Source: Nanobdellota archaeon
Lineage (GTDB): Archaea > Nanobdellota > Nanobdellia > Woesearchaeales > GCA-2686295
Assembly (NCBI GenBank): GCA_018817005.1
Contig: JAHIUF010000031.1
Location: 1-63,352 of the forward strand
Direction of reading: 5' to 3'
Length of the DNA: 63,352 nt
Below the pieces are notes generated by a model. The model made no database searches and was not told the origin of the DNA. It saw only the letters and a program-made list of their open reading frames with translations. This document shows, in pieces, positions 30,844 to 40,749 of this stretch (position 1 is the stretch's first letter; each line of letters starts with the position of its first letter). The position numbers were made by a program, and so were the translations under genes.

Positions 30844-31782
30844 TTACAACCAATCAATTTTATTGAAGATTATTAGACCTATAACAACTATCAGAAACAT
30901 TATAATCATCAGATAAATGAATGCCAATGGTGATTGCTGCAAAGGAAGATTTATGTTCATACCATATATTCCAGTGATGAGGGTTGGTATCATTATTATT
31001 AATGCAAGAGACGTTAATTTTTTCATAAATTTATTTAGTCTGTGACTGGCAGCAACTGACTGAAAATTAAAAAGGTTTGAGATTACTTCTCGCTGTACTT
31101 TTTCTGTATCTCTTACCTGTAATGCATCATAGTAAAGTTCTGTAAAACTTGAAAGGTCTGCTTTTGTAAAATTCTTAAAATAACTTTTTCTTAGTCCATT
31201 TAACACCTCAATATTTGCAAGTACTGCTTGATTAAAATGAGTTAATGTAACATTTGAATCATAAAGATTCGACAATTGCTTATCTGAAATGTTCAAGCCT
31301 TTGCTTTCTAAAACATCTGTTAAATTCGCAATTTTATCTATTGACGATAAGAACTCGTCATTAATATTATCTAAAAAGTAAGAGAGCATTCCCCCTTGTC
31401 CTTTTTTAAAGAGAAACTTGAGTTTGTTTTTGTTAACTAGACTCGCCGTTTTTTGAAATACGTTTAACGGCTCTTTTTCAACAGTTACAAAAATTTGTTT
31501 TATCAAAAAAATATTAACTGGAATAGTTGTTATTTCATCATTTTCTCTAAACGGTGCTTGATATACTAATTCCAAAAATCGACCCTGTTCCAAACGCGGT
31601 CTTTCTTCTTCTTCTAAAAATTCTTTAAATTCATCTAGTGGAATTTCTAGTTTTTCAGATATTAATTGAAGTTTTTCTTCAGACTCATTAATTACCCTTA
31701 TCCAGGTAAGTTTTTTATTGTTTACTTGGTCTAAATTCTCAACTCGTTCTATATCTTTACCATTATAAGTGTAGATTTCCAT
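30844..31782 (-). CDS. corA: CorA Mg2+ transporter
   Basis: ERPRLE, LNKFMKKLT, PTLITGIYGMN. Confidence 0.92.
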   Translation of the reverse strand: MEIYTYNGKDIERVENLDQVNNKKLTWIRVINESEEKLQLISEKLEIPLDEFKEFLEEEERPRLEQGRFLELVYQAPFRENDEITTIPVNIFLIKQIFVTVEKEPLNVFQKTASLVNKNKLKFLFKKGQGGMLSYFLDNINDEFLSSIDKIANLTDVLESKGLNISDKQLSNLYDSNVTLTHFNQAVLANIEVLNGLRKSYFKNFTKADLSSFTELYYDALQVRDTEKVQREVISNLFNFQSVAASHRLNKFMKKLTSLALIIMIPTLITGIYGMNINLPLQQSPLAFIYLMIIMFLIVVIGLIIFNKIDWL

Positions 31783-31830
31783 AAGTGAAAGAAAAATACT
31801 TGCTTTTAAAAATGTATTTAATAATAGAAA

Positions 31831-33147
31831 TTAAATTGTAGATTCTATAATTTTTATTGCTTCTTCTTTACTAACATAATGTCTAGATTTATCAACATTT
31901 ATTGGAGAAGCAACATCATCACCGTCAATATTAACCATATTAACTGCTTCAGTCAAAGGCTTTTGAACATTCAACCAAAAATAAACCTTATTATTATCCC
32001 AAAAAAATGTTTGATACCATTTATTTTCAATAAGAGTAACTTTTGTTCCTTTAATATTTAAATCCTCTACTTTATATTCAGCGTTATTATTTGATAATTG
32101 AATAACAGAACCTAAAATTAAAATTGGAGAAGTTGATTCAGAAAATTCAAAACCACAACCAGTACAACTAGATTCTTCTATAGACCTCATAGTTCTAAAG
32201 TTAACTACTTCATATTCAAATCCTTGAGACTCAGTTTTTTGAAAATTACTATATCTTGAAATTACAGCAGATTCAGGACAAGGATTTTTCATAGGACTTC
32301 TCTCTTCTCGTTCAAGATCTTCGCTTATATCTTCAGGTACAAAAAGAAATTCAAAACCTTCAGGCAAATAAGTAGGAATGACAACTTCAAAGTCTGCTTC
32401 TTCTAATCGTCTATGATTATTGACACAAGAAGAAAAAGTTCCTGTAACTTGTTCTCTTAAAGCATTTTCTTCTATTTCAGCATCAGGAAATTGTGTTCTT
32501 AAATCAAAGAAATCATCGGTTATACCAGTGTTAATCTTTATATCTGTCAAATAGTTTGATTTTAATAAACAATTGGTATTTGAAAAATCAATATTATTTT
32601 CTAACATAAAATTATTCAAAAACTTGCAAGTTTCTTCACTTAAAAAATAGTTTTCTTTTAGGACTAAATAAGTTTCTTTTTCAACATAATAAACTTGTTT
32701 GTTACCATTATTCGCCTCTAAAGTTAAAATATAAACAGAGTTTTTATCATAAATTCCTTCTTCAATACTAATAACCTTATATCTATCCATTAAATCAACT
32801 AACACTTTCGAGAAATCAGGAGAGTAGTCACTTTCATCTCTTAAAAAACTCTTAAACAAGTATAATTTATTTTCTATCTTTTTATAAACATATTCATATT
32901 CAAGATTTGCAGATTTTACTTCTTCATCTGTTTCAGTATAATAATAACCTTTGTTATTTACAGTAAAAGACATTGTTTCATCTTCTTCAGTTCCTTGCAA
33001 GTTTGAAGAATGAGTTACACCAGAAAAATCCATTCTGCTTTCAAATCCTCTTTGCAATTCTTTTGCAAATGCTCTTGCTTCTAAACCAGTACAGCTAGAA
33101 AGAATAAACACCATTAAAATTAAGAATGTAAAAACAATTTTTTTCAT
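31831..33147 (-). CDS. lipoprotein, LolA-like/DUF4367-like
   Basis: Lipobox LSSC, INTGITDDFF, PTYLPEGF, VSKEEAIKIIES. Confidence 0.6.
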   Translation of the reverse strand: MKKIVFTFLILMVFILSSCTGLEARAFAKELQRGFESRMDFSGVTHSSNLQGTEEDETMSFTVNNKGYYYTETDEEVKSANLEYEYVYKKIENKLYLFKSFLRDESDYSPDFSKVLVDLMDRYKVISIEEGIYDKNSVYILTLEANNGNKQVYYVEKETYLVLKENYFLSEETCKFLNNFMLENNIDFSNTNCLLKSNYLTDIKINTGITDDFFDLRTQFPDAEIEENALREQVTGTFSSCVNNHRRLEEADFEVVIPTYLPEGFEFLFVPEDISEDLEREERSPMKNPCPESAVISRYSNFQKTESQGFEYEVVNFRTMRSIEESSCTGCGFEFSESTSPILILGSVIQLSNNNAEYKVEDLNIKGTKVTLIENKWYQTFFWDNNKVYFWLNVQKPLTEAVNMVNIDGDDVASPINVDKSRHYVSKEEAIKIIESTI

Positions 33148-33202
33148 ATAAAGTTACCCTATTAGGAAAGAAGAAAGTTAAATAAGTTTAAAAAGGTGTT
33201 GT

Positions 33203-34498
33203 TTACGGTTCTTTTCTTAGCATTGTTCTTGGAAATGGTATTGCATCTTTTATATTATCTATTTTGCAAATCCAAGCAATTACTCTTTCAACACCAACAC
33301 CGTATCCTGCGTGTGGAACAGAACCATATCTTCGAAGATCAAAGTACCAATCATAGTTTTTTATGTTTTCTCCTTGTTTTTCTAGTTCTTCTTCCATTTC
33401 TTTAATATTTGTACTTCTCTGACTGCCGCCAATAATTTCTCCATAACCTTCTGGTGCAAGCATGTCAAAGCATAATGCTTCATCAGGAATTTCTGGGTCT
33501 TTTGGTTTATAAAAAGCCATTGCTTCCTTTGGGTAATGCGTAACAATAATTGGTGTTTTAAAATGAGTCATTAGTTTTTCTTCTTCTATTGTTCTTAAGT
33601 CTTTACCGAATTCCACATTCATACCTGATTTTTCTTTAAGAATTTTTAATGCTTTACGATATTTGATTGTTGGCCAATCTTTTTCAACCATTTCTAAAAG
33701 TTCTTTGGAATCTCTTTCTAATATTTTTAGTTCCTCAGAGCAGTCTTCGGCTACTTTTTTTATACAGTATTTTAATTCTTTCTTTGCAAACGCAGTTACT
33801 TTTTCCAGATCAAACCATGCAGCTTCCATTTCTGCCATCCAAAATTCTGATAAGTGTCTTGAAGTTTTGGACTTTTCTGCTCTAAAAGTAGGTCCCATGT
33901 TGTATATTTTTTCAAGAGCAAATACTCCTGCTTCAGCGTATAATTGCCAGCTTTGTGAAAGATATGTTTTGTCTTTGTAGTATTTAACTTCAAATAAAGT
34001 GCTTCCACCTTCGCATTGATTTGGCTGCAGAATTGGTGCATCAAACCTGTAAAATCCTTCTTTTCTAAAAAATTCGTCTCTTGCCTGAACATATCGGCTT
34101 CTGATTTTCATTATGGTTGAAAGTCTTCTTGATCTTATCCATAAATGTCTTTTGTCAAGTAAAAATTCTGGACTTTGATCTTTTGTTATTGGATATGTGT
34201 CGCTTTCTCCTATGATATTGAATTCATTGACTGAGATTTCATATCCTGTTGGTGCTCGATCATCTTTTTTTATTGTTCCATGTAATTCCATTGATGTTTC
34301 TATTTGTATTCCTACAGCGGAGTTCCATTTTTCATCTGAAAAGGCATCTTTTTTTATAACGCATTGTATGATATCTGAGGAGTCTCTTAATACTATAAAT
34401 TTTATTTTGTTTGAGCCTCTTTCTCGATAAACCCATCCTCTTATAGAAACTTCGCTTTCGCCTTTATTCATGGCTTCTTTTATTGATATGAATGTCAT
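33203..34498 (-). CDS. asnS: asparagine--tRNA ligase
   Basis: RHLWIRS, CEGGSTLF, FRAEKSKTSRHLSEFW, GEIIGGSQR, WYFDLRRYGSVPH. Confidence 0.92.
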   Translation of the reverse strand: MTFISIKEAMNKGESEVSIRGWVYRERGSNKIKFIVLRDSSDIIQCVIKKDAFSDEKWNSAVGIQIETSMELHGTIKKDDRAPTGYEISVNEFNIIGESDTYPITKDQSPEFLLDKRHLWIRSRRLSTIMKIRSRYVQARDEFFRKEGFYRFDAPILQPNQCEGGSTLFEVKYYKDKTYLSQSWQLYAEAGVFALEKIYNMGPTFRAEKSKTSRHLSEFWMAEMEAAWFDLEKVTAFAKKELKYCIKKVAEDCSEELKILERDSKELLEMVEKDWPTIKYRKALKILKEKSGMNVEFGKDLRTIEEEKLMTHFKTPIIVTHYPKEAMAFYKPKDPEIPDEALCFDMLAPEGYGEIIGGSQRSTNIKEMEEELEKQGENIKNYDWYFDLRRYGSVPHAGYGVGVERVIAWICKIDNIKDAIPFPRTMLRKEP

Positions 34499-34671
34499 AA
34501 TATGTGTGTATACTCTTTGTTTTTAAAGTTTTTTCCTAAAAAACAACAAAAAAGTGAACAAACTAAATAAATACAATCAAAATAATAAAAATAATAAAGA
34601 TAATAAAAATAATTTATGTTATGAAACTAATAGAAAATTATTTAAACAACGGATGTAACTTTTATTCCTGT

Positions 34672-34821
34672 ATGAAAGATATAAATATTGAGTTAAAAGA
34701 TAAAACTCATTCTCTTGCAAAAGTTTGTGCAGTATTAAAAAACACAACTCTAAAACAATATATTCAAAAAGCGATAGCAGCAGCTATAGAAAAAGATAAA
34801 GAAGAATTAAAAAAATTATAA
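34672..34821 (+). CDS. small ribbon-helix-helix protein
   Basis: MKDINIEL.DKTHSLAK..A...TLKQYIQKAI; TATA ~25 nt upstream. Confidence 0.65.
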   Translation: MKDINIELKDKTHSLAKVCAVLKNTTLKQYIQKAIAAAIEKDKEELKKL

Positions 34822-36573
34822 TTATTTTTTCTTACGAATATTTATGAAAAGTTCTTTTAATTGAATCTCAGATATTTCCGAAGGGCTACCATCCATAGGA
34901 CACTCTGCATTCTTGTTCTTTGGAAATGCTATGACTTCTCTTATATCATTTGTTCCTGCAATAAGTGCAACGCTACGGTCAAGACCAAGACCCATACCTC
35001 CGTGTGGTGGACCACCATATTCATAAGCTTCGAGTAAGAACCCAAATTTTTCATGAGCTTCTTTTTTATCAAGACCAATAAACTTCATTATTCTTTCTTG
35101 GACTTTCGGAATGTTGACTCTGATTGAACCCGAGCCAAGCTCTGTTCCATTCAAAACGAGATCCCAAAGATTACCAATAACCTCTCCTGGTCTTTTTTCA
35201 AAATCATTTATGAACTCTGGTTTTGGCATTGAAAACATGTGGTGTTCAGGCGCCCATCTGTCTTCGTCTTCATTCCAAGAAAAAAGCGGAAAATCTTTGA
35301 CCCAACAAAATTTGAACTCATCCTTTTTTATCAAACCTAAATTCTCTGCAAGTTTAAATCTTAGTTTTGAAAGAATATAATTACAAATTTTGGGTTTATC
35401 TGCGATAAACATCAACACAGAACCTTTTTTTGCTCCTGTTCGTTTAATAAGCTCGTTTTGAAGCTTTGAAGAGAAAAACTTTGCAAGATTTGACTCTAAT
35501 CCTTTGTCAGTTACTTTCATCCAAGACATACCTTTTGCACCGTTGCTTTGACAAAATTCAATGTATTTATCCAATTCGTTTCTGGAAAAGTCATTACTAG
35601 GATTTATACATTTAATAAGTCCGCCATCTTTGTGTATTTGCTTGAAAACTTGAAAATCTGATTTGTCAACGATATCACTCACATCATGTAAAAACAAGTC
35701 AAATCGAATGTCTGGTTTATCAGTTCCAAATTTCTCCATTGCTTCTTTATACGTGAAAATTGGAAAGGTTGATAGATTTTTGCCAAGTAATTTTTTGAAA
35801 ATATGCTTGTAGAGTCCTTCAGTAAATGCTCTTATCTCGTCAGAAGTTACAAAACTCATCTCGAAATCCATTTGGGTGTGCTCTGGTTGTCTATCAGTTC
35901 TTAAATCCTCATCTCTAAGACAAATTGGAACTTGATAATATCTATCCACTCCTGCAATCATAAGTATTTGCTTGTAAAGCTGCGGACTTTGAGGAAGAGC
36001 AAAAAACTTCCCAGGACTAACTCTTGAAGGAACAACATAATCCCTTGCACCTTCAGGTGTTGACTTAACAAGCATTGGTGTTTGTATTTCTAAAAAGCTA
36101 TGTTTGTTGAAGTATTCCCTTGCAACAATCAGAAAATCGTTTCTTAATTTCAAATTTGCAATCATCGAAGGTCTTCGCAAATCTAGATAACGATATTTAA
36201 GCCTTGCATCATCACCTGCAACTTTATTATCATCAACCTCTAAAGGTGGTGTTTTAGATTTATTTAGTATTTCAACTTCATCAACTAAAACCTCTATTTC
36301 ACCAGTTAAAAGTTTAGGATTTATCAGATTTTTACCTCTGAATCTCACAGTTCCTTTTGCCATCAAAACATCTTCTCTTGAAAGATGTTCAGCAATTGAG
36401 TGTGATTTTTTATTGTTGGAAGGATCAAAAACTATTTGTGTCAAACCATATCTATCTCTTAAATCAATAAATATAACTCCACCATGGTCTCTTCTGGAAT
36501 GGTTCCATCCGCACAAAATAACTTTTTTCTTTATGTCCTTTTTTTTTAGTTCTCCACATGTATGTGTTCTCAT
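34822..36573 (-). CDS. aspS: bacterial-type aspartate--tRNA ligase with GAD insert, probably non-discriminating
   Basis: MRTHTCGEL, RRDHGG, STPEGARDY, ALPQSPQ, RDEDLR, YGGPPHGG; AGGTGA RBS. Confidence 0.95.
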   Translation of the reverse strand: MRTHTCGELKKKDIKKKVILCGWNHSRRDHGGVIFIDLRDRYGLTQIVFDPSNNKKSHSIAEHLSREDVLMAKGTVRFRGKNLINPKLLTGEIEVLVDEVEILNKSKTPPLEVDDNKVAGDDARLKYRYLDLRRPSMIANLKLRNDFLIVAREYFNKHSFLEIQTPMLVKSTPEGARDYVVPSRVSPGKFFALPQSPQLYKQILMIAGVDRYYQVPICLRDEDLRTDRQPEHTQMDFEMSFVTSDEIRAFTEGLYKHIFKKLLGKNLSTFPIFTYKEAMEKFGTDKPDIRFDLFLHDVSDIVDKSDFQVFKQIHKDGGLIKCINPSNDFSRNELDKYIEFCQSNGAKGMSWMKVTDKGLESNLAKFFSSKLQNELIKRTGAKKGSVLMFIADKPKICNYILSKLRFKLAENLGLIKKDEFKFCWVKDFPLFSWNEDEDRWAPEHHMFSMPKPEFINDFEKRPGEVIGNLWDLVLNGTELGSGSIRVNIPKVQERIMKFIGLDKKEAHEKFGFLLEAYEYGGPPHGGMGLGLDRSVALIAGTNDIREVIAFPKNKNAECPMDGSPSEISEIQLKELFINIRKKK

Positions 36574-36625
36574 TATATTCACCTGTTGTTTTATTTGTTT
36601 AGTTATTCTTATTTAATTTTTTTCT

Positions 36626-36724
36626 TTTTATAGCTCTTTTTAGGTGTCAACAAATTTTTAGTAGGTTGACAACTACATTTAGTAGTTATCATTATTATTT
36701 GAATTATCAACTAAAAAGAACTCA
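36626..36724 (-). promoter_or_regulatory. structured aspS leader with alternative hairpins
   Basis: GATAACTAC/GTAGTTGTC versus TAGTTGTCAAC/GTTGACACCTA share one strand. Confidence 0.55.
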
Positions 36725-36756
36725 TTGCAATATCCAAAAATATTAAGATTTTGCAT
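36679..36756 (-). CDS. Asn/Asp-rich leader peptide (uORF) of aspS
   Basis: MQNLNIFGYCNEFFLVDNSNNNDNY*; ATG 22 nt after TTTATAAA (36779-36786), matching the leaderless spacing of other genes here. Confidence 0.6.
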   Translation of the reverse strand: MQNLNIFGYCNEFFLVDNSNNNDNY

Positions 36757-36819
36757 GAAAACAAGAAGAAAAGATTTGTTTATAAAATTTTTGGGTGAAA
36801 TTTTTGTTTAAACAAAAAA

Positions 36820-37686
36820 TTAGGTATTCATATCTTTTAAAATATTACAAGCTCTGCACATTTTGTTGCTTGCAGGCTCTCCACATTTTTCACATGAATT
36901 GATTTCTTCAAATTCTATTTCTTTTTTTAGTGGCAAAATTAGTCTTTCGTGAAATCTTAACAAATTATATTTTACTGCAGGATGATTTTTTTCAAAGTCG
37001 TCAAGAATTTTTCGATAGGTTCGTCTATATGCTTCTTTTGATAAAGGACAAATACCATAATAAACTGTAAATTTCATTATTTTTGAATATCTCTTAACTT
37101 CTTCTTCGGAAATCCAATACAATGGTTTTACTCTCTTAACAAATTTTGAAGAATTGGAACTTCCAGATATTGGTCCTTGACTTTTTGCAAGTTTTGTATC
37201 ATTTCTAAAAATATTCATCATAAAGGCTTGTGCTTCATCGTCGAGATTATGACCTGTTACGACAGCATTAAATTTTTTCTTTTTTGCATATTTATTCAAT
37301 AAATATCTCTTTAAAATACCACAAATCATGCAAGAGGAGTTATTATGGCCTTTTTCTTTTAATTTATCCTGTATTTCTTTAAGAGTCATTCCAAATTCTT
37401 TTTTGAAAGAGAGAATTGTTAGTTTTATGTTGTTTTTTTTACATACAGTTTTTAGATTTTTAATATTTTGGTCTGTGTATTCTCCAATGCTCGGATCAAG
37501 GTTAATGCCTTCAACATCATATCCTAATTTTTTCAGTATATAAAGACAAACTGTTGAGTCTTTACCACCTGAAACTGCTACTGCAATTTTGTCTGTCTTT
37601 GAAAGCATTAAATATTTTTTTATAGTTTCACGTACTTTTTTTTCAACATATTCTTTCAATTTTTTGTTAGGTATTTCTTGTGTCAT
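36820..37686 (-). CDS. tRNA 2-thiolation protein (TtuA/NcsA/Ctu1 family)
   Basis: PP-loop SGGKDS, CMICG, GHNLDD, CP, C-terminal CxxC..CxxC. Confidence 0.88.
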   Translation of the reverse strand: MTQEIPNKKLKEYVEKKVRETIKKYLMLSKTDKIAVAVSGGKDSTVCLYILKKLGYDVEGINLDPSIGEYTDQNIKNLKTVCKKNNIKLTILSFKKEFGMTLKEIQDKLKEKGHNNSSCMICGILKRYLLNKYAKKKKFNAVVTGHNLDDEAQAFMMNIFRNDTKLAKSQGPISGSSNSSKFVKRVKPLYWISEEEVKRYSKIMKFTVYYGICPLSKEAYRRTYRKILDDFEKNHPAVKYNLLRFHERLILPLKKEIEFEEINSCEKCGEPASNKMCRACNILKDMNT

Positions 37687-37722
37687 AATTTATAGTGCTT
37701 TTATAGTTTTTTAAAACTTCAT

Positions 37723-39099
37723 TTAGAGTTCATTTAGAACACTTAAAAGTAAATCTTCTTTAAATGCAGGAGCCATTACTTGTAAACCAACAGGTGTTTT
37801 GTCTATTTCTCCTGCTGGTACAACCCCTGCACAGATGCCTGCAAGGTTTGCCGGAATTGTGAATGCATCATATGCATACATATCTTCAACACTTATTTTT
37901 TCACCAATTTTATGGGGTAGTCGTGGTGTTACTGGACTGATTATAATATCTACTTTCTTAAATGCTTCTTCTAAATCCTTTGCAATTTCTTTTTTGGTTG
38001 CAAGAGCTTTTCGATAGTATTGACCGCCATATTCTGCTCTGGAAATTTCCTTTCCGCCAAGTATTCTTCTCAAGACTTCTTCCCCACAGGTTTCTTCTAT
38101 TTTTTTACCAAATCTTCGTCCGTCAAATTTCCTTGTTCCAGAAAAGAATTCTACATAAACAAGAGGGTAGTACGTTTGCACTGCGAGTTTTACATGTTTT
38201 AAGTTTATATTAATAATTTGAGATGCTGTTTTTTTTATTAATTCAGCGGTTTTTTCCATTACTAATTTGTAGATTCTTTTATCTGTGCATAATGCTTCAA
38301 AATCTTTGCTAATGCCTATTCTGAAATGTTTTTCTGATTTTAGATTTGAATAATTTTTAATGGGTTCATCATACGTTGTTGGGTCTTTTTCTGATTTGCC
38401 TGCTATTACTTCAATCATTAATGCCGCCCCAAACACATCTTTACATAGTGAACCTATTTGATCCAGGCTCATGGATAAATCTACAAGACCATATCTTGAT
38501 ACTCGACCATAGCTTGGTTTTATTCCTATAATTCCGCAATGTGATGCTGGGTTTCTTATGCTTCCACCGGTGTCCGTTCCAAGAGCTATATCACAAAAAT
38601 CTGCTGCAACTGCTGCTGCACTACCGCTACTTGAGCCTCCTGGTATTCTTCCGAGTGCTTTTGGGTTTTGCGTTGCACCATATGCGCTTGTTTCACCGCT
38701 GCTTCCTGATGCAAATTCATCCATATTCGTAAGTCCTATTATTATTCCATCTTCTGCTTTTATTTTTCTTACAACATCTGCATCGAATGTTCCCTTATAA
38801 TTTTCTAGTGTTTTTGAAGCACAGGTTATTGGCATTCCACAAACGCTGATGCATGATTTTACAGCTATTGCAAGCCCTGCTAATTTTCCGACTTTCTTTT
38901 TTTCTTTAATTTTTTTATCTATTTCTTTTGCTTGTTTTAATGCTTCTTTTTTTGCAACATATAGAAATGAGTTAATTTTCTTGTCTTCTTGTTTTATTTT
39001 TTTTAGAAATTCTTGTATATTTCTTTCTGCAGTAAATTTTCCAGATTTTATTTGAGCTAGTTTTTCTTTTATCATTATTTTTATTTCTTTTTTTACCAC
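37723..39099 (-). CDS. gatA: Asp/Glu-tRNA amidotransferase subunit A
   Basis: Amidase signature GGSSSGSAAAV, DTGGSIRNPA, EVLRRIL. Confidence 0.95.
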   Translation of the reverse strand: MVKKEIKIMIKEKLAQIKSGKFTAERNIQEFLKKIKQEDKKINSFLYVAKKEALKQAKEIDKKIKEKKKVGKLAGLAIAVKSCISVCGMPITCASKTLENYKGTFDADVVRKIKAEDGIIIGLTNMDEFASGSSGETSAYGATQNPKALGRIPGGSSSGSAAAVAADFCDIALGTDTGGSIRNPASHCGIIGIKPSYGRVSRYGLVDLSMSLDQIGSLCKDVFGAALMIEVIAGKSEKDPTTYDEPIKNYSNLKSEKHFRIGISKDFEALCTDKRIYKLVMEKTAELIKKTASQIININLKHVKLAVQTYYPLVYVEFFSGTRKFDGRRFGKKIEETCGEEVLRRILGGKEISRAEYGGQYYRKALATKKEIAKDLEEAFKKVDIIISPVTPRLPHKIGEKISVEDMYAYDAFTIPANLAGICAGVVPAGEIDKTPVGLQVMAPAFKEDLLLSVLNEL

Positions 39100-39320
39100 T
39101 TCTTTTTTTCTGCGACTATAAAATCATCTTTTACGTTGGGTGCATTTTCAAGCATTCGTTCTCGGAATTTCTCATCGGAATCATCTGTGAATTTCTTTCT
39201 TGTTTCTTGTTTTCTCTTTATTCCAAAGTCTTTTGAAAGTGTTATTTTATCTAATTCTTTTATGAATTCATCCATGATTTTTTTTGCTTCTTTTCTTATT
39301 TTTTCTTGATTCATTTTCAT
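39093..39320 (-). CDS. gatC: amidotransferase subunit C (short)
   Basis: Lies between gatB and gatA; R..MLENAP..DDFIV. Confidence 0.8.
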   Translation of the reverse strand: MKMNQEKIRKEAKKIMDEFIKELDKITLSKDFGIKRKQETRKKFTDDSDEKFRERMLENAPNVKDDFIVAEKKKW

Positions 39321-39353
39321 TGATTTATTATGTTAAATAGTTCTTTTAATTCT

Positions 39354-40718
39354 TTATTTAATTAATTTCTTTATTATTGAATTAACTTTATTAGGATCTG
39401 CTTTTCCTTGAGTCTTAGCCATAACAAAACCAATAATTGAGTTTATAGCTTTTTCATTACCAGACTTAAAATCTAAAACTGCTTCTTTCTTTGCCAAAAT
39501 CGCTTCCTTACAAAAAGACTCAAGTTCATCCATGTCTGATAATGACTCAAGTCCTTGTTCTTCAATATACTGTTTAATATTCAAATTTTCTTTTAAGAGC
39601 TTTGGAAGTAATTCTTTTAAAACAACAGGCGAAGCTTTTTTGTCTTGTAAAAGTTCAAACCAATCAACAAGATTAGACACGTCAACTTTCAAATCATCGT
39701 AATCCATCCCTAAGTTATTTATTGCGGCAATAACATCCCTTCTAAACCATTTACTGGCAAAAACAGGGTTTATTTTTTTTACTACCTCTTCAAAAAGCTC
39801 TGCTAAAACTATTTCGGAGCTGATTGTTTTTGCATCAGTTTTGTCAACACCCATTTTTTTGTAGCGCATAAATTTTTCAGAGGGTTTTTCAGGAATCATT
39901 AATGCAATTTTTTTCACAAGCAATGGGTCGATGTTAATTACTGGTAAGTCCGGTTCAGGTATAAACATGTAATCTTGAGCAGATTCTTTTGATCTCATAA
40001 ACAAGGTTTCACCAATAGAGTCGTCCCACGCTCTTGTTTGCTGAAAATTGTTCTTCTCTTTTTTCTGCCTTTCAACCTCAAAATTTATTGCTTTCAGAAT
40101 ACTTGAAATAGAGTTAACATTTTTTACTTCAGTTCTTATGAAGTTTGGTGCAATTGAAACGTTAACATCGCATTTTATGCCTGCAGTTTTGTCAACAGCT
40201 CTAATATATGAAAGGGTTGTCAATAATGTTTTAAGCCAAGTTTGAACTTCACTAGTTGATTTAAAATCAGGTTTTGTAACTATTTCTACAAGTGGAAAGC
40301 CTGAACGGTTATAATCAACTTTTCCTGAGATTGGATCCCATCTCGCAGGGTCTTCTTCCAGGTGTATTTCTTCTATTCCAATTCCTAAAAATTCCCCGTT
40401 AAGTCCAACAGGCATTCCAAAGCTTCCGCTCATAGTTCTTTGATATCCTGACGGTAAGTCCGGCCAAGAATAATGTTTTCTTTGAAATATCAGCAAATTA
40501 TTTATTTTACATCCAAGCATCAGACCAATAGATATTATTTTTTCTACTGCATCATTGTTTGGAAGCATTGGTTTTGAACCTGGTTGTGAAGTGCAAGTAG
40601 GACAAATGTTCGTGTTTGGTTTAGCATTAGAGTCTATTTTACAATTACAAAAAAGTTTTCTTTTATTCTCCATATTGAGATAGCCATGTATCTCAAGACC
40701 TATTTTTACATCCCCCAT
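39354..40718 (-). CDS. gatB: amidotransferase subunit B
   Basis: IGLEIH, KLFC, HLEED, DYNRSG.PLVEIVT, CDVNVS, MRSKE..DY..PEPDLP, Yqey tail; no GatE insertion. Confidence 0.95.
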   Translation of the reverse strand: MGDVKIGLEIHGYLNMENKRKLFCNCKIDSNAKPNTNICPTCTSQPGSKPMLPNNDAVEKIISIGLMLGCKINNLLIFQRKHYSWPDLPSGYQRTMSGSFGMPVGLNGEFLGIGIEEIHLEEDPARWDPISGKVDYNRSGFPLVEIVTKPDFKSTSEVQTWLKTLLTTLSYIRAVDKTAGIKCDVNVSIAPNFIRTEVKNVNSISSILKAINFEVERQKKEKNNFQQTRAWDDSIGETLFMRSKESAQDYMFIPEPDLPVINIDPLLVKKIALMIPEKPSEKFMRYKKMGVDKTDAKTISSEIVLAELFEEVVKKINPVFASKWFRRDVIAAINNLGMDYDDLKVDVSNLVDWFELLQDKKASPVVLKELLPKLLKENLNIKQYIEEQGLESLSDMDELESFCKEAILAKKEAVLDFKSGNEKAINSIIGFVMAKTQGKADPNKVNSIIKKLIK

Positions 40719-40749
40719 AAAAATTAAGAGAAGAATATTATTTATATAA

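Noticed and set aside
36574..36790. T-box riboswitch or intrinsic terminator upstream of aspS
   Set aside because: No TGGNACC T-box motif and no U-tract after the hairpin on the coding strand
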